DNA from: Eledone cirrhosa
Taxonomy: Eukaryota
Direction: 5' to 3'
Length of the DNA stretch: 64,000 nt
Assembly: GCA_964016885.1 (NCBI GenBank)
Contig: OZ024742.1
Coordinates: forward strand, 315,828,001 to 315,892,000
Positions within the stretch are counted from its first letter, which is position 1. Each line of letters opens with the position of its first letter. Of this stretch, positions 26,301-44,300 are shown piece by piece. Position numbers and translations under genes: made by a program. Under the pieces are notes generated by a model that had not been told where the DNA came from, made no database searches, and saw only the letters and a list, made by a program, of their open reading frames with translations.

Positions 26301-29300
26301 AACATTAATATATACAGTACCTGGCCATAATCACCACCACTGGAAACATTACTATATACAATACCTGGCCACAATCACCACCACTGGAAACATTACTATA
26401 TACACTACCTGGCCACAATCACCAGAACTGGAAACATTACTATATACACTACCTGGCCACAATCACCACCACTGGAAACATTACTATATACACTACCTGG
26501 CCACAATCACCACCACTGGAAACATTACTATATACAGTACCTAGCCACAATCACCACCACTGGAAACATTACTATATACACTACCTGGCCACAATCACCA
26601 CCACTGGAAACATTACTATATACACTACCTGGCCACAATCACCACCACTGGAAACATTACTATATACACTACCTGGCCACAATCACCACCACTGGAAACA
26701 TTACTATATACACTACCTGGCCACAATCACCACCACTGGAAACATTACTATATACACTACCTGGCAACAATCACCACCACTGGAAACATTACTATATACA
26801 CTACCTGGCCACAATCACCACCACTGGAAACATTACTATATACACTACCTGGCCACAATCACCACCTCTGGAAACATTACTATATACAATACCTGGCCAC
26901 AATCACCACCTCTGGAAACATTACTATATACACTACCTGGCCACAATCACCACCTCTGGAAACATTACTATATACACTACCTGGCCACAATCACCACCAC
27001 TGGAAACATTACTATATACACTACCTGGCCACAATCACCACCACTGGAAACATTACTATATACACTACCTAGCCACAATCACCACCACTGGAAACATTAC
27101 TATATACACTACCTAGCCACAATCACCACCACTGGAAACATTACTATATACACTACCTAGCCACAATCACCACCACTGGAAACATTACTATATACACTAC
27201 CTGGCCACAATCACCACCACTGGAAACATTACTATATACACTACCTAGCCACAATCACCACCACTGGAAACATTACTATATACACTACCTAGCCACAATC
27301 ACCACCACTGGAAACATTACTATATACACTACCTGGCCACAATCACCACCACTGGAAACATTACTATATACACTACCTGGCCACAATCACCACCACTGGA
27401 AACATTACTATATACACTACCTGGCCACTATCACCAGCACCGGAAACATTACTATATACACTACCTGGCCACTATCACCAGCACCGGAAACATTACTATA
27501 TACAGTACCTGGCCACTATCACCAGCACCGGAAACATTACTATATACACTACCTGGCCACTATCACCAGCACCGGAAACATTACTATATACACTACCTGG
27601 CCACTATCACCAGCACCGGAAACATTACTATATACAGTACCTGGCCACTATCACCAGCACCAGAAACATTACTATATACACTACCTGGCCACTATCACCA
27701 GCACCGGAAACATTACTATATACAGTACCTGGCCACAATCACCACCACTGGAAACATTACTATATACACTACCTGGCCACAATCACCACCACCGGAAACA
27801 TTACTATATACACTACCTGGCCACTATCACCACCACTGGAAACATTACTATATACAGTACCTGGCCACAATCACCAGAACTGGAAACATTACTATATACA
27901 CTACCTGGCCACAATCACCACCTCTGGAAACATTACTATATACACTACCTGGCCAAAATCACCACCACTGGAAACATTACTATATACACTACCTGGCCAC
28001 AATCACCACCACAGGAAACATTACTATATACACTACCTGGCCACTATCACCACCACTGGAAACATTACTATATACAGTACCTAGCCACAATCACCAACTC
28101 TGGAAACATTACTATATACAGTACCTGGCCACAATCACCACCACTGGAAACATTACTATATACAGAACCTGGCCACAATCACGACCACTGGATACATTAC
28201 TATATACAGTATCTGGCCACAATCACCACCACTGGAAATATTACTATATACACTACCTGGCCACAATCACCACCACTGGAAACATTACTATATACACTAC
28301 CTGGCCACATTCACCACCACTGGAAACATTACTATATACACTACCTGGCCAAAATCACCACCACTGGAAACATTACAATATACAGTACCTAGCCACAATC
28401 ACCACCACTGGAAACATTACTATATACACTACCTGGCCACAATCACCACCACTGGAAACATTACTATATACAGTACCTAGCCACAATCACCACCACTGGA
28501 AACATTACTATATACACTACCTGGCCACAATCACCACCACTGGAAACATTACTATATACACTACCTGGCCACAATCACCACCACTGGAAACATTACTATA
28601 TACACTACCTGGCCACAATCACCACCACTGGAAACATTACTATATACACTACCTGGCCACAATCACCACCACTGGAAACATTATTATATACAGTACCTAG
28701 CCACAATCACCACCACTGGAAACATTACTATATACACTACCTGGCCACAATCACCACCACTGGAAACATTACTATATACACTACCTGGCCACAATGACCA
28801 CCACTGGAAACATTACTATATACAGTACCTAGCCACAATCACCACCACTGGAAACATTACTATATACACTACCTGGCCACAATCACCACCACTGGAAACA
28901 TTACTATATACACTACCTGGCCACAATCACCACCACTGGAAACATTACTATATACACTACCTGGCCACAATCACCACCTCTGGAAACATTACTATATACA
29001 CTACCTGGCCACAATCACAACCACTGGAAACATTACTATATACACTACCTGGCCACAATCACCACCACTGGAAACATTACTATATACACTACCTAGCCAC
29101 AATCACCACCACTGGAAACATTACTATATACACTACCTGGCCACTATCACCACCACCGGAAACATTACTATATACACTACCTGGCCACTATCACCACCAC
29201 CGGAAACATTCCTATATACACTACCTGGCCACTATCACCACCACTGGAAACATTACTATATACAGTACCTGGCCACAATCACCACCACTGGAAACATTAC

Positions 29301-32300
29301 TATATACACTACCTGGCCACTATCACCACCACTGGAAACATTACTATATACAGTACCTGGCCACAATCACCACCACTGTAAACATTACTATATACAGTAC
29401 CTGGCCACAATCACCACCTCTGGAAACATTACTATATACAGTACCTGGCCACAATCACCACCACTGTAAACATTACTATATGCACTACCTGGCCACAATC
29501 ACCACCACCGAAAACATTACTATATACACTACCTGGCCACTATCACCACCTCTGGAAACATTACTATATACAGTACATGGCCACAATCACCACCACTGGA
29601 AACAATACTATGTACACTACCTGGCCACAATCACCACCACTGGATACATTACTATATACAGTACCTGGCCACAATCACCACCTCTGGAAACATTACTATA
29701 TACACTACCTGGCCACAATCACCACCACTGGATACATTACTATATACAGTATCTGGCCACAATCACCACCACTGGAAACATTACTATATACAGTACCTGG
29801 CCACAATCACCACCACTGTAAACATTACTATATACAGTACCTGGCCACAATCACCACCTCTGGAAACATTACTATATACAGTACCTGGCCACAATCACCA
29901 CCACTGTAAACATTACTATATGCACTACCTGGCCACAATCACCACCACCGAAAACATTACTATATACACTACCTGGCCACTATCACCACCTCTGGAAACA
30001 TTACTATATACATTACCTGGCCATAATCACCACCACTGGAAACATTACTATATACACTACCTGGCCACAATCACCACCACTGGAAACATTACTATATACA
30101 CTACCTGCCCACAATCACCACCTCTGGAAACATTACTATACACACTACCTGGCCACAATCACCACCACTGGAAACATTACTATATACAGTACCTGGCCAC
30201 AATCACCACCACTGGAAACATCACTATATACACTACCTGGCCACAATCACCACCACTGTAAACATTACTATATACACTACCTGGCCACAATCACCACCTC
30301 TGGAAACATTACTATATAAACTACCTGGCCACAATCACCACCTCTGGAAACATTACTATATACACTACCTGGCCACAATCACCAGCACTGGAAACATTAC
30401 TATATACAGTACCTGGCCACAATCACCATCTCTGGAAACATTACTATATACACTACCTGGCCACAATCAACACCTCTGGAAACATTACTATATACACTAC
30501 CTGGCCACAATCACCACCTCTGGAAACATTACTATATACACTACCTGGCCACAATCACCACCACTGGAAACATTACTATATACAGTACCTGGCCACAATC
30601 AACACCACTGGAAACATTACTATATACACTACCTGGCCACAATCACCACCACTGGAAACATTACTATATACACTACCTGGCCACAATCACCACCACTGGA
30701 AACATTACTATATACACTACCTGGCCACAATCACCATCACTGGAAACATTACTATATACACTACCTGGCCACAATCACCACCACTGGAAACATTACTATA
30801 TACACTACCTGGGCATAATCACCACCTCTGGAAACATTACTATATACAGTACCTGGCCACAATCACCACCACTGGAAACATTACTATATACAATACCTGG
30901 CCACAATCACCACCATTGGAAACATTACTATATACACTACCTGGCCACAATCACCACCACTGGAAACATTACTATATACACTACCTGGCCACAATCACCA
31001 CCACTGGAAACATTACTATATACACTACCTGGCCACAATCACCACCACTGGAAACATTACTATATACACTAGCTGGCCACAATCACCATCTCTGGAAACA
31101 TTACTATATACAGTACCTGGCCACAATCACCACCACTGGAAACATTACTATATACAGTACCTGGCCACAATCACCACCACTGGAAACATTACTATATACA
31201 CTACCTGGCCACAATCACCACCACTGGAAACATTACTATATACAGTACCTGGCCACAATACCACCTCTGGAAACATTACTATATACACTACCTGGCCATA
31301 ATCACCACCTCTGGAAACATTACTATATACACTACCTGGCCACAATCACCACCACTGGAAACATTACTATATACAGTACCTGGCCACAATCAACACCACT
31401 GGAAACATTACTATATACACTACCTGGCCACAATCACCACCACTGGAAACATTACTATATACAGTACCTGGCCACAATCACCACCACTGGAAACATTACT
31501 ATATACACTACCTGGCCACAATCACCACCACTGGAAACATTACTATATACACTACCTGGCCACAATCACCACCACTGGAAACATTACTATATACAGTACC
31601 TGGCCACAATCACCACCACTGGATACATTACTATATACAGTACCTGGCCACAATCACCACCACTGGAAACATTACTATATACACTACCTGGCTACAATCA
31701 CCACCACTGGAAACATTACTATATACACTACCTGCCCACAATCACCACCTCTGGAAACATTACTATACACACTACCTGGCCACAATCACCACCACTGGAA
31801 ACATTACTATATACAGTACCTGGCCACAATCACCACCACTGGAAACATTACTATATACACTACCTGGCCACAATCACCACCACTGTAAACATTACTATAT
31901 ACACTACCTGGCCACAATCACCACCTCTGGAAACATTACTATATAGACTACCTGGCCACAATCACCACCTCTGGAAACATTACTATATACACTACCTGGC
32001 CACAATCACCAGCACTGGAAACATTACTATATACAGTACCTGGCCACAATCACCACCTCTGGAAACATTACTATATACACTACCTGGCCACAATCAACAC
32101 CTCTGGAAACATTACTATATACACTACCTGGCCACAATCACCACCTCTGGAAACATTACTATATACACTACCTGGCCACAATCACCACCACTGGAAACAT
32201 TACTATATACAGTACCTGGCCACAATCAACACCACTGGAAACATTACTATATACACTACCTGGCCACAATCACCACCACTGGAAATATTACTATATACAC

Positions 32301-35300
32301 TACCTGGCCACAATCACCACCACTGGAAACATTACTATATACACTACCTGGCCACAATCACCATCACTGGAAACATTACTATATACACTACCTGGCCACA
32401 ATCACCATCACTGGAAACATTACTATATACACTACCTGGGCATAATCACCACCTCTGGAAACATTACTATATACAGTACCTGGCCATAATCACCACCACT
32501 GGAAACATTACTATATACAATACCTGGCCACAATCACCACCACTGGAAACATTACTATATACACTACCTGGCCACAATCACCACCACTGGAAACATTACT
32601 ATATACACTACCTGGCCACAATCACCACCACTGGAAACATTACTATATACACTACCTGGCCACAATCACCACCACTGGAAACATTACTATATACACTACC
32701 TGGCCACAATCACCACCTCTGGAAACATTACTATATACAGTACCTGGCCACAATCACCACCACTGGAAACATTACTATATACACTACCTGGCCACAATCA
32801 CCACCACTGGAAACATTACTATATACACTACCTGGCCACAATCACCACCACTGGAAACATTACTATATACACTACCTGGCCACAATCACCACCACTGGAA
32901 ACATTACTATATACACTACCCGGCCACAATCACCACCACTGGAAACATTACTATATACACTACCTGGCTTCAATCACTACCACTGGAAACATTACTATAT
33001 ACACTACCTGGCCACAATCACCACCACTGGAAACATTACTATATACACTACCTGGCCAAAATCACCACCACTGGAAACATTACTATATACAGTACCTGGC
33101 CACAATCACCACCACTGGAAACATTATTATATACACTACCTGGCCACAATCACCACCACTGGAAACATTACTATATACACTACCTGGCCACAATCACCAC
33201 CACTGGAAACATTACTATATACACTACCTGGCCACAATCACCACCACTGGAAACATTACTATATACAGTACCTGGCCACAATCACCACCTCTGGAAACAT
33301 TACTATATACACTACCTGGCCACAATCACCACCACTGGAAACATTACTATATACAGTACCTGGACACAATCACCACCACTGGAAACATTACTATATACAG
33401 TACCTGGCCACAATCACCACCACTGGAAACATTACTATATACAGTACCTGGCCACAATCACCAGCACTGGAAACATTACTATATACAGTACCTGGCCACA
33501 ATCACCACCACTGGAAACATTACTATATACACTACCTGGCCACAATCACCACCACTGGAAACATTACTATATACACTACCTGGCCACAATCACCACCACT
33601 GGAAACATTACTATATACAGTACCTGGCTACAATCACCACCACTGGAAACATTACTATATACAGTACCTGGCCACAATCACCACCTCTGGAAACATTACT
33701 ATATACACTACCTGGCCACAATAACCACCACTGGAAACATTACTATATACACTACCTGGCCACAATTACCACCACTGGAAACATTACTATATACACTACC
33801 CGGCCACAATCACCACCTCTGGAAACATTACTATATACAGTACCTGGCCACAATCACCACCACTGGAAACATTACTATATACACTACCTGGCCACAATCA
33901 CCACCACTGGAAACATTACTATATACACTACCTGGCCACAATCACCACCACTGGAAACATTACTATATACACTACCCGGCCACAATCACCACCACTGGAA
34001 ACATTACTATATACACTACCTGGCCACAATCACCACCACTGGAAACATTACTATATACACTACCTGGCAACAATCACCACCACTGGAAACATTACTATAT
34101 ACACTACCTGGCCACAATCACCACCTCTGGAAACATTACTATATACACTACCTGGCCACAATCACCATCACTGGAAACATTACTATATACACTACCTGGC
34201 CACAATCACCACCACTGGAAACATTACTATATACACTACCTGGGCATAATCACCACATCTGGAAACATTACTATATACAGTACCTGGCCACAATCACCAC
34301 CACTGGAAACATTACTATATACAATACCTGGCCACAATCACCACCACTGGAAACATTACTATATACACTACCTGGCCACAATCACCACCACTGGAAACAT
34401 TACTATATACACTACCTGGCCACAATCACCACCACTGGAAACATTACTATATACAGTACCTGGCCACAATCACCATCACTGGAAACATTACTATATACAC
34501 TACCTGGCCACAATCACCACCTCTGGAAACATTACTATATACAGTACCTGGCCACAATCACCACCACTGGAAACATTACTATATACAGTACCTGGCCACA
34601 ATCACCACCACTGGAAACATTACTATATACACTACCTGGCCACAATCACCACCACTGGAAACATTACTATATACAGTACCTGGCCACAATCACCACCACT
34701 GGAAACATTACTATATACACTACCTGGCCACAATCACCACCTCTGGAAACATTACTATATACAGTACCTGGGCACAATCACCACCACTGGAAACATTACT
34801 ATATACACTACCTGGCCACAATCACCACCTCTGGAAACATTACTATATACAGTACCTGGCCACAATCACCACCACTGGAAACATTACTATATACACTACC
34901 TGGCCACAATCACCACCACTGGAAACATTACTATATACAGTACCTGGCCACAATCACCACCTCTGGAAACATTACTATATACACTACCTGGCCACAATCA
35001 CCACCACTGGAAACATTACTATATACACTACCTGGCCACAATCACCACCACTGGAAACATTACTATATACAGTACCTGGCCACAATCACCACCTCTGGAA
35101 ACATTATTATATACACTACCTGGCCACAATCACCACCACTGGAAACATTACTATATACAGTACCTGGACACAATCACCACCACTGGAAACATTACTATAT
35201 ACAGTACCTGGCCACAATCACCACCACTGGAACCATTACTATATACAGTACCTGGCCACAATCACCACCACTGGAAACATTACTATATACAGTACCTGGC

Positions 35301-38300
35301 CACAATCACCACCACTGGAAACATTACTATATACACTACCTGGCCACAATCACCACCACTGGAAACATTACTATATACACTACCTGGCCACAATCACCAC
35401 CACTGGAAACATTACTATATACAGTACCTGGCTACTATCACCACCACTAGAAACATTACTATATACAGTACCTGGCCACAATCACCACCACTGGAAACAT
35501 TACTATATACAGTACCTGGCCACAATCACCACCATTGGAAACATTACGATATACACTACCTGGCCACAATCACTACCTCTGAAAACATTACTATATACAC
35601 TATCTGGCCACAATCACCACCACTGGAAACATTACTATATACACTACCTGGCCACAATCACCACCACTGGAAACATTACTATATACACTACCCGGCCACA
35701 ATCACCACCTCTGGAAACATTACTATATACAGTACCTTGCCACAATCACCACCACTGGAAACATTACTATATACACTACCTGGCCACAATCACCACCACT
35801 GGAAACATTACTATATACACTACCTGGCCACAATCACCACCACTGGAAACATTACTATATACACTACCCGGCCACAATCACCACCTCTGGAAACATTACT
35901 ATATACACTACCTGGCCACAATCACCACCACTGGAAACATTACTATATACACTACCTGGCCACAATCACCACCACTGGAAACATTACTATATACACTACC
36001 CGGCCACAATCACCACCACTGGAAACATTACTATATACACTACCTGGCCACAATCACCACCACTGGAAACATTACTATATACACTACCCGGCCACAATCA
36101 CCACCTCTGGAAACATTACTATATACAGTACCTTGCCACAATCACCACCACTGGAAACATTACTATATACACTACCTGGCCACAATCACCACCACTGGAA
36201 ACATTACTATATACACTACCTGGCCACAATCACCACCACTGGAAACATTACTATATACACTACCCGGCCACAATCACCACCTCTGGAAACATTACTATAT
36301 ACACTACCTGGCCACAATCACCACCACTGGAAACATTACTATATACACTACCTGGCCACAATCACCACCACTGGAAACATTTCTATATACACTACCCGGC
36401 CACAATCACCACCACTGGAAACATTACTATATACACTACCTGGCCACAATCACCACCACTGGAAACATTACTATATACACTACCTGGCCACAATCACCAC
36501 CACTGGAACCATTACTATATACAGTACCTGGCCACAATCACCACCACTGGAAACATTACTATATACAGTACCTGGCCACAATCACCACCACTGGAAACAT
36601 TACTATATACACTACCTGGCCACAATCACCACCACTGGAAACATTACTATATACACTACCTGGCCACAATCACCACCACTGGAAACATTACTATATACAG
36701 TACCTGGCTACTATCACCACCACTAGAAACATTACTATATACAGTACCTGGCCACAATCACCACCACTGGAAACATTACTATATACAGTACCTGGCCACA
36801 ATCACCACCATTGGAAACATTACTATATACACTACCTGGCCACAATCACTACCTCTGAAAACATTACTATATACACTATCTGGCCACAATCACCACCACT
36901 GGAAACATTACTATATACACTACCTGGTGACAATCACCACCACTGGAAACATTACTATATACACTACCCGGCCACAATCACCACCTCTGGAAACATTACT
37001 ATATACAGTACCTTGCCACAATCACCACCACTGGAAACATTACTATATACACTACCTGGCCACAATCACCACCACTGGAAACATTACTATATACACTACC
37101 TGGCCACAATCACCACCACTGGAAACATTACTATATACACTACCCGGCCACAATCACCACCTCTGGAAACATTACTATATACACTACCTGGCCACAATCA
37201 CCACCACTGGAAACATTACTATATACACTACCTGGCCACAATCACCACCACTGGAAACATTACTATATACACTACCCGGCCACAATCACCACCACTGGAA
37301 ACATTACTATATACACTACCTGGCCACAATCACCACCACTGGAAACATTACTATATACACTACCCGGCCACAATCACCACCTCTGGAAACATTACTATAT
37401 ACAGTACCTTGCCACAATCACCACCACTGGAAACATTACCATATACACTACCTGGCCACAATCACCACCACTGGAAACATTACTATATACACTACCTGGC
37501 CACAATCACCACCACTGGAAACATTACTATATACACTACCCGGCCACAATCACCACCTCTGGAAACATTACTATATACACTACCTGGCCACAATCACCAC
37601 CACTGGAAACATTACTATATACACTACCTGGCCACAATCACCACCACTGGAAACATTACTATATACACTACCCGGCCACAATCACCACCACTGGAAACAT
37701 TACTATATACACTACCTGGCCACAATCACCACCACTGGAAACATTACTATATACACTACCTGGCCACAATCACCACCACTGGAAACATTACTATATACAC
37801 TACCCGGCCACAATCACCACCTCTGGAAACATTACTATATACACTACCTGGCCACAATCACCACCACTGGAAACATTACTATATACACTACCTGGCCACA
37901 ATCACCACCACTGGAAACATTACTATATACACTACCCGGCCACAATCACCACCTCTGGAAACATTACTAAATACAGTACCTGGCCACAATCACCACCACT
38001 GGAAACATTACTATATACACTACCTGGCCACAATCACCACCACTGGAAACATTACTATATACACTACCTGGCCACAATCACCACCACTGGAAACATTACT
38101 ATATACACTACCCGGCCACAATCACCACCTCTGGAAACATTACTATATACACTACCTGGCCACAATCACCACCACTGGAAACATTACTATATACACTACC
38201 TGGCCACAATCACCACCACTGGAAACATTACTATATACACTACCCGGCCACAATCACCACCTCTGGAAACATTACTATATACAGTACCTGGCCACAATCA

Positions 38301-41300
38301 CCATCACTGGAAACATTACTATATACACTACCCGGCCACAATCACCACCTCTGGAAACATTACTATATACACTACCTGGCCACAATCACCACCACTGGAA
38401 ACATTACTATATACACTACCCGGCCACAATCACCACCTCTGGAAACATTACTATATACACTACGTGGCCACAATCACCACCACTGGAAACATTACTATAT
38501 ACACTAGCTGGCCACAATCACCACCACTGGAAACATTACTATACACACTACCTGGCCACAATCACCACCTCTGGAAACATTACTATATACACTACCTGGC
38601 CACAATCACCACCTCTGGAAACATTACTATATACACTACCTGGCCACAATCACCACCACTGGAAACATTACTATATACACTACCTGGCCACAATCACCAG
38701 CAGTGGAAACATTACTATATACACTACCTGGCCACAATCACCACCACTGGAAACATTACTATATACAGTACCTGGCCACAATCACCACCACTGGAAACAT
38801 TACTATATACACTACCTGGCCAGAATCACCATCACTGGAAACATTACTATATACACTACCTGGCCACAATCACCACCACTGGAAACATTACTATATACAC
38901 TACCCGGCCACAATCACCACCTCTGGAAACATTACTATATACAGTACCTTGCCACAATCACCACCACTGGAAACATTACTATATACACTACCTGGCCACA
39001 ATCAACACCACTGGAAACATTACTATATACACTACCTGGCCACAATCACCACCACTGGAAACATTACTATATACACTACCCGGCCACAATCACCACCTCT
39101 GGAAACATTACTATATACACTACCTGGCCACAATCACCACCACTGGAAACATTACTATATACACTACCTGGCCACAATCACCACCACTGGAAACATTACT
39201 ATATACACTACCCGGCCACAATCACCACCACTGGAAACATTACTATATACACTACCTGGCCACAATCACCACCACTGGAAACATTACTATATACACTACC
39301 CGGCCACAATCACCACCTCTGGAAACATTACTATATACAGTACCTTGCCACAATCACCACCACTGGAAACATTACCATATACACTACCTGGCCACAATCA
39401 CCACCACTGGAAACATTACTATATACACTACCTGGCCACAATCACCACCACTGGAAACATTACTATATACACTACCCGGCCACAATCACCACCTCTGGAA
39501 ACATTACTATATACACTACCTGGCCACAATCACCACCACTGGAAACATTACTATATACACTACCTGGCCACAATCACCACCACTGGAAACATTACTATAT
39601 ACACTACCTGGCCACAATCACCACCACTGGAAACATTACTATATACACTACCCGGCCACAATCACCACCTCTGGAAACATTACTATATACACTACCTGGC
39701 CACAATCACCACCACTGGAAACATTACTATATACACTACCTGGCCACAATCACCACCACTGGAAACATTACTATATACACTACCCGGCCACAATCACCAC
39801 CTCTGGAAACATTACTAAATACAGTACCTGGCCACAATCACCACCACTGGAAACATTACTATATACACTACCCGGCCACAATCACCACCTCTGGAAACAT
39901 TACTATATACACTACCTGGCCACAATCACCACCACTGGAAACATTACTATATACACTACCCGGCCACAATCACCACCTCTGGAAACATTACTATATACAC
40001 TACCTGGCCACAATCACCACCACTGGAAACATTACTATATACACTACCTGGCCACAATCACCACCACTGGAAACATTACTATACACACTACCTGGCCACA
40101 ATCACCACCTCTGGAAACATTACTATATACACTACCTAGCCACAATCACCACCTCTGGAAACATTACTATATACACTACCTGGCCACAATCACCACCACT
40201 GGAAACATTACTATATACACTACCTGGCCACAATCACCAGCAGTGGAAACATTACTATATACACTACCTGGCCACAATCACCACCACTGGAAACATTACT
40301 ATATACAGTACCTGGCCACAATCACCACCACTGGAAACATTACTATATACACTACCTGGCCAGAATCACCATCACTGGAAACATTACTATATACACTACC
40401 TGGCCACAATCACCACCACTGGAAACATTACTATATACACTACCTGGCCACAATCACCACCACTGGAAACATTACTATATACAGTATCTGGCCACAATCA
40501 CCACCACTGGAAACATTACTATATACACTACCTGGCCACAATCACCACCACTGGAAACATTACTATATACACTACCTGGCCACAATCACCACCACTGGAA
40601 ACATTACTATATACAGTACCTGGCCACAATCACCACCACTGGAAACATTACTATATACACTACCTGGCCACAATCACCACCACTGGAAACATTACTATAT
40701 ACACTACCTGGCCACAATCACCACCACTGGAAACATTACTATATACAGTACCTGGCCACAATCACCACCACTGGAAACATTACTATATACACTACCTGGC
40801 CACAATCACCACCACTGGAAACATTACTATATACAGTACCTGGCCACAATCACCACCACTGGAAACATTACTATATACACTACCTGGCCACTATCACCAC
40901 CACTGGAAACATTACTATATACAGTACCTGGCCACAATCACCACCACTGGAAACATTACTATATACACTACCTGGCCACTATCACCACCACTGGAAACAA
41001 TACTATGTACAGAACCTGGCCACAATCACCACCACTGGAAACATTACTATATACAGTATCTGGCCACAATCACCACCACTGGAAATATTACTGTATACAC
41101 TACCTGGCCACAATCACCACCACTGGAAACATTACTATATACACTACCTAGCCAGAATCACCACCACTGGAAACATTACAATATACACTACCTGGCCACT
41201 ATCACCACCACCGGAAACATTACTATATACACTACCTGGCCACTATCACCACCACTGGAAACATTACTATATACAGTACCTGGCCACAATCACCACCACT

Positions 41301-44300
41301 GGAAACATTACTATATACAGTACCTGACCACAATCACCACCACTGGAAATATTACTATATACAGTACGTGGCCACAATCACCACCTCTGGAAACATTACT
41401 ATATACACTACCTGGCCACAATCACCACCACTGGAAACATTACTATATACACTACCTGGCCAAAATCACCACCACCGGAAACATTACTATATACACTACC
41501 TGGCCACTATCACCACCACTGGAAACATTACTATATACACTACCTGGCCACAATCACCACCACTGGAAACATTACTATATACACTACCTGGCCACAAACA
41601 CCACCACTGGAAACATTACTATATACACTACCTGGCCACAATCACCACCACTGTAAACATTACTATATACACTACCTGGCCACAAACACCACCACTGGAA
41701 ACATTACTATATACACTACCTGGCCACAATCACCACCACTGGAAACATTACTATATACACTACCTGGCCACAAACACCACCACTGGAAACATTACTATAT
41801 ACACTACCTGGCCACAATCACCACCACTGGAAACATTACTATATACACTACCTGGCCACAAACACCACCACTGGAAACATTACTATATACACTACCTGGC
41901 CACAATCACCACCTCTGGAATCATTACTATATACACTACCTGGCCACAATCACCACCACTGGAAACATTACTATATACAGTACCTGGCCACAATCACCAC
42001 CACTGGAAACATTACTATATACAGTACCTGGCCACAATCACCACCTCTGGAAACATTACTATATACAGTACCTGGCCACAATCACCACCACTGGATACAT
42101 TACTATATACATTACCTGGCCACAATCACCACCACTGGAAACATTACTATATACAGTACCTGGCCACAATCACCACCACTGGAAACATTACTATATACAC
42201 TACCTGGCCACTATCACCACCACTGGAAACATTACTATATACAGTACCTGGCCACAATCACCACCTCTGGAAACATTACTATATACAGTACCTGGCCACA
42301 ATCACCACCACTGGAAACATTACTATATACACTACCTGGCCACATTCACCACCACTGGAAACATTACTATGTACAGTACCTGGCCACAATCACCACCACT
42401 GGAAACAATACTATGTACAGTACCTGGCCACAATCACGACCACTGGATACATTACTATATACAGTATCTGGCCACAATCACCACCTCTGGAAACATTACT
42501 ATATACAGTATCTGGCCACAATCACCACCACTGGAAACATTACTATATACACTATCTGGCCACAATCACCACCACTGGAAACATTACTATATACAGTACC
42601 TGGCCACAATCACCACCACTGGATACATTACTATATACACTACCTGGCCACAATCACCACCACTGGAAACATTACTATATACAGTACCTGGCCACAATCA
42701 CCACCACTGGAAACATTACTATATACAGTAGCTGGCCACAATCACCATCTCTGGAAACATTACTATATACACTACCTGGCCACAATCACCACCACCGGAA
42801 CCATTACTATATACACTACCTGCCCACAATCACCACCACTGGAAACATTACTATATACACTACCTGCCCACAATCACCACCACTGGAAACATTACTATAT
42901 ACAGTACCTGGCCACAATCACCACCACTGGAAACATTACTATATACACTACCTGGCCACAATCACCACCACTGTAAACATTACTATATACACTACCTGGC
43001 CACAATCACCACCTCTGGAAACATTACTATATACACTACCTGGCCACAATCACCACCACTGGAAACATTACTATATACAGTACCTGGCCACAATCACCAC
43101 CACTGGAAACATTACTATATACACTACCTGGCCACAATCACCACCACTGAAAACATTACTATATACACTACCTGGCCACAATCACCACCACTGAAAACAT
43201 TACTATATACACTACCTGGCCACAATCACCACCACTGGAAACATTACTATATACACTACCTGGCCACAATCACCACCTCTGGAAACATTACTATATACAC
43301 TACCTGGCCACTATCACCACCACTGGAAACAATACTATGTACAGAACCTGGCCACAATCACCACCACTGGAAACATTACTATATACAGTATCTGGCCACA
43401 ATCACCACCACTGGAAATATTACTGTATACACTACCTGGCCACAATCACCACCACTGGAAACATTACTATATACACTACCTAGCCAGAATCACCACCACT
43501 GGAAACATTACAATATACACTACCTGGCCACTATCACCACCACCGGAAACATTACTATATACACTACCTGGCCACTATCACCACCACTGGAAACATTACT
43601 ATATACAGTACCTGGCCACAATCACCACCACTGGAAACATTACTATATACAGTACCTGACCACAATCACCACCACTGGAAATATTACTATATACAGTACG
43701 TGGCCACAATCACCACCTCTGGAAACATTACTATATACACTACCTGGCCACAATCACCACCACTGGAAACATTACTATATACACTACCTGGCCAAAATCA
43801 CCACCACCGGAAACATTACTATATACACTACCTGGCCACTATCACCACCACTGGAAACATTACTATATACACTACCTGGCCACAATCACCACCACTGGAA
43901 ACATTACTATATACACTACCTGGCCACAATCACCACCACTGGAAACATTACTATATACAGTACCTGGCCACAATCACCACCACTGGAAACATTACTATAT
44001 ACACTACCTGGCCACAATCACCACCACCGGAAACATTACTATATACACTACCTGGCCACAATCACCACCACTGGAAAGATTACTATATACAGTACCTGGC
44101 CACAATCACCACCACCGGAAACATTACTATATACACTACCTGGCCACAATCACCACCTCTGGAAACATTACTATATACACTACCTGGCCACAATCACCAC
44201 CACCGGAAACATTACTATATACACTACCTGGCCACAATCACCAGCACTGGAAACATTACTATATACACTACCTGGCCACAATCACCACCACTGGAAACAT

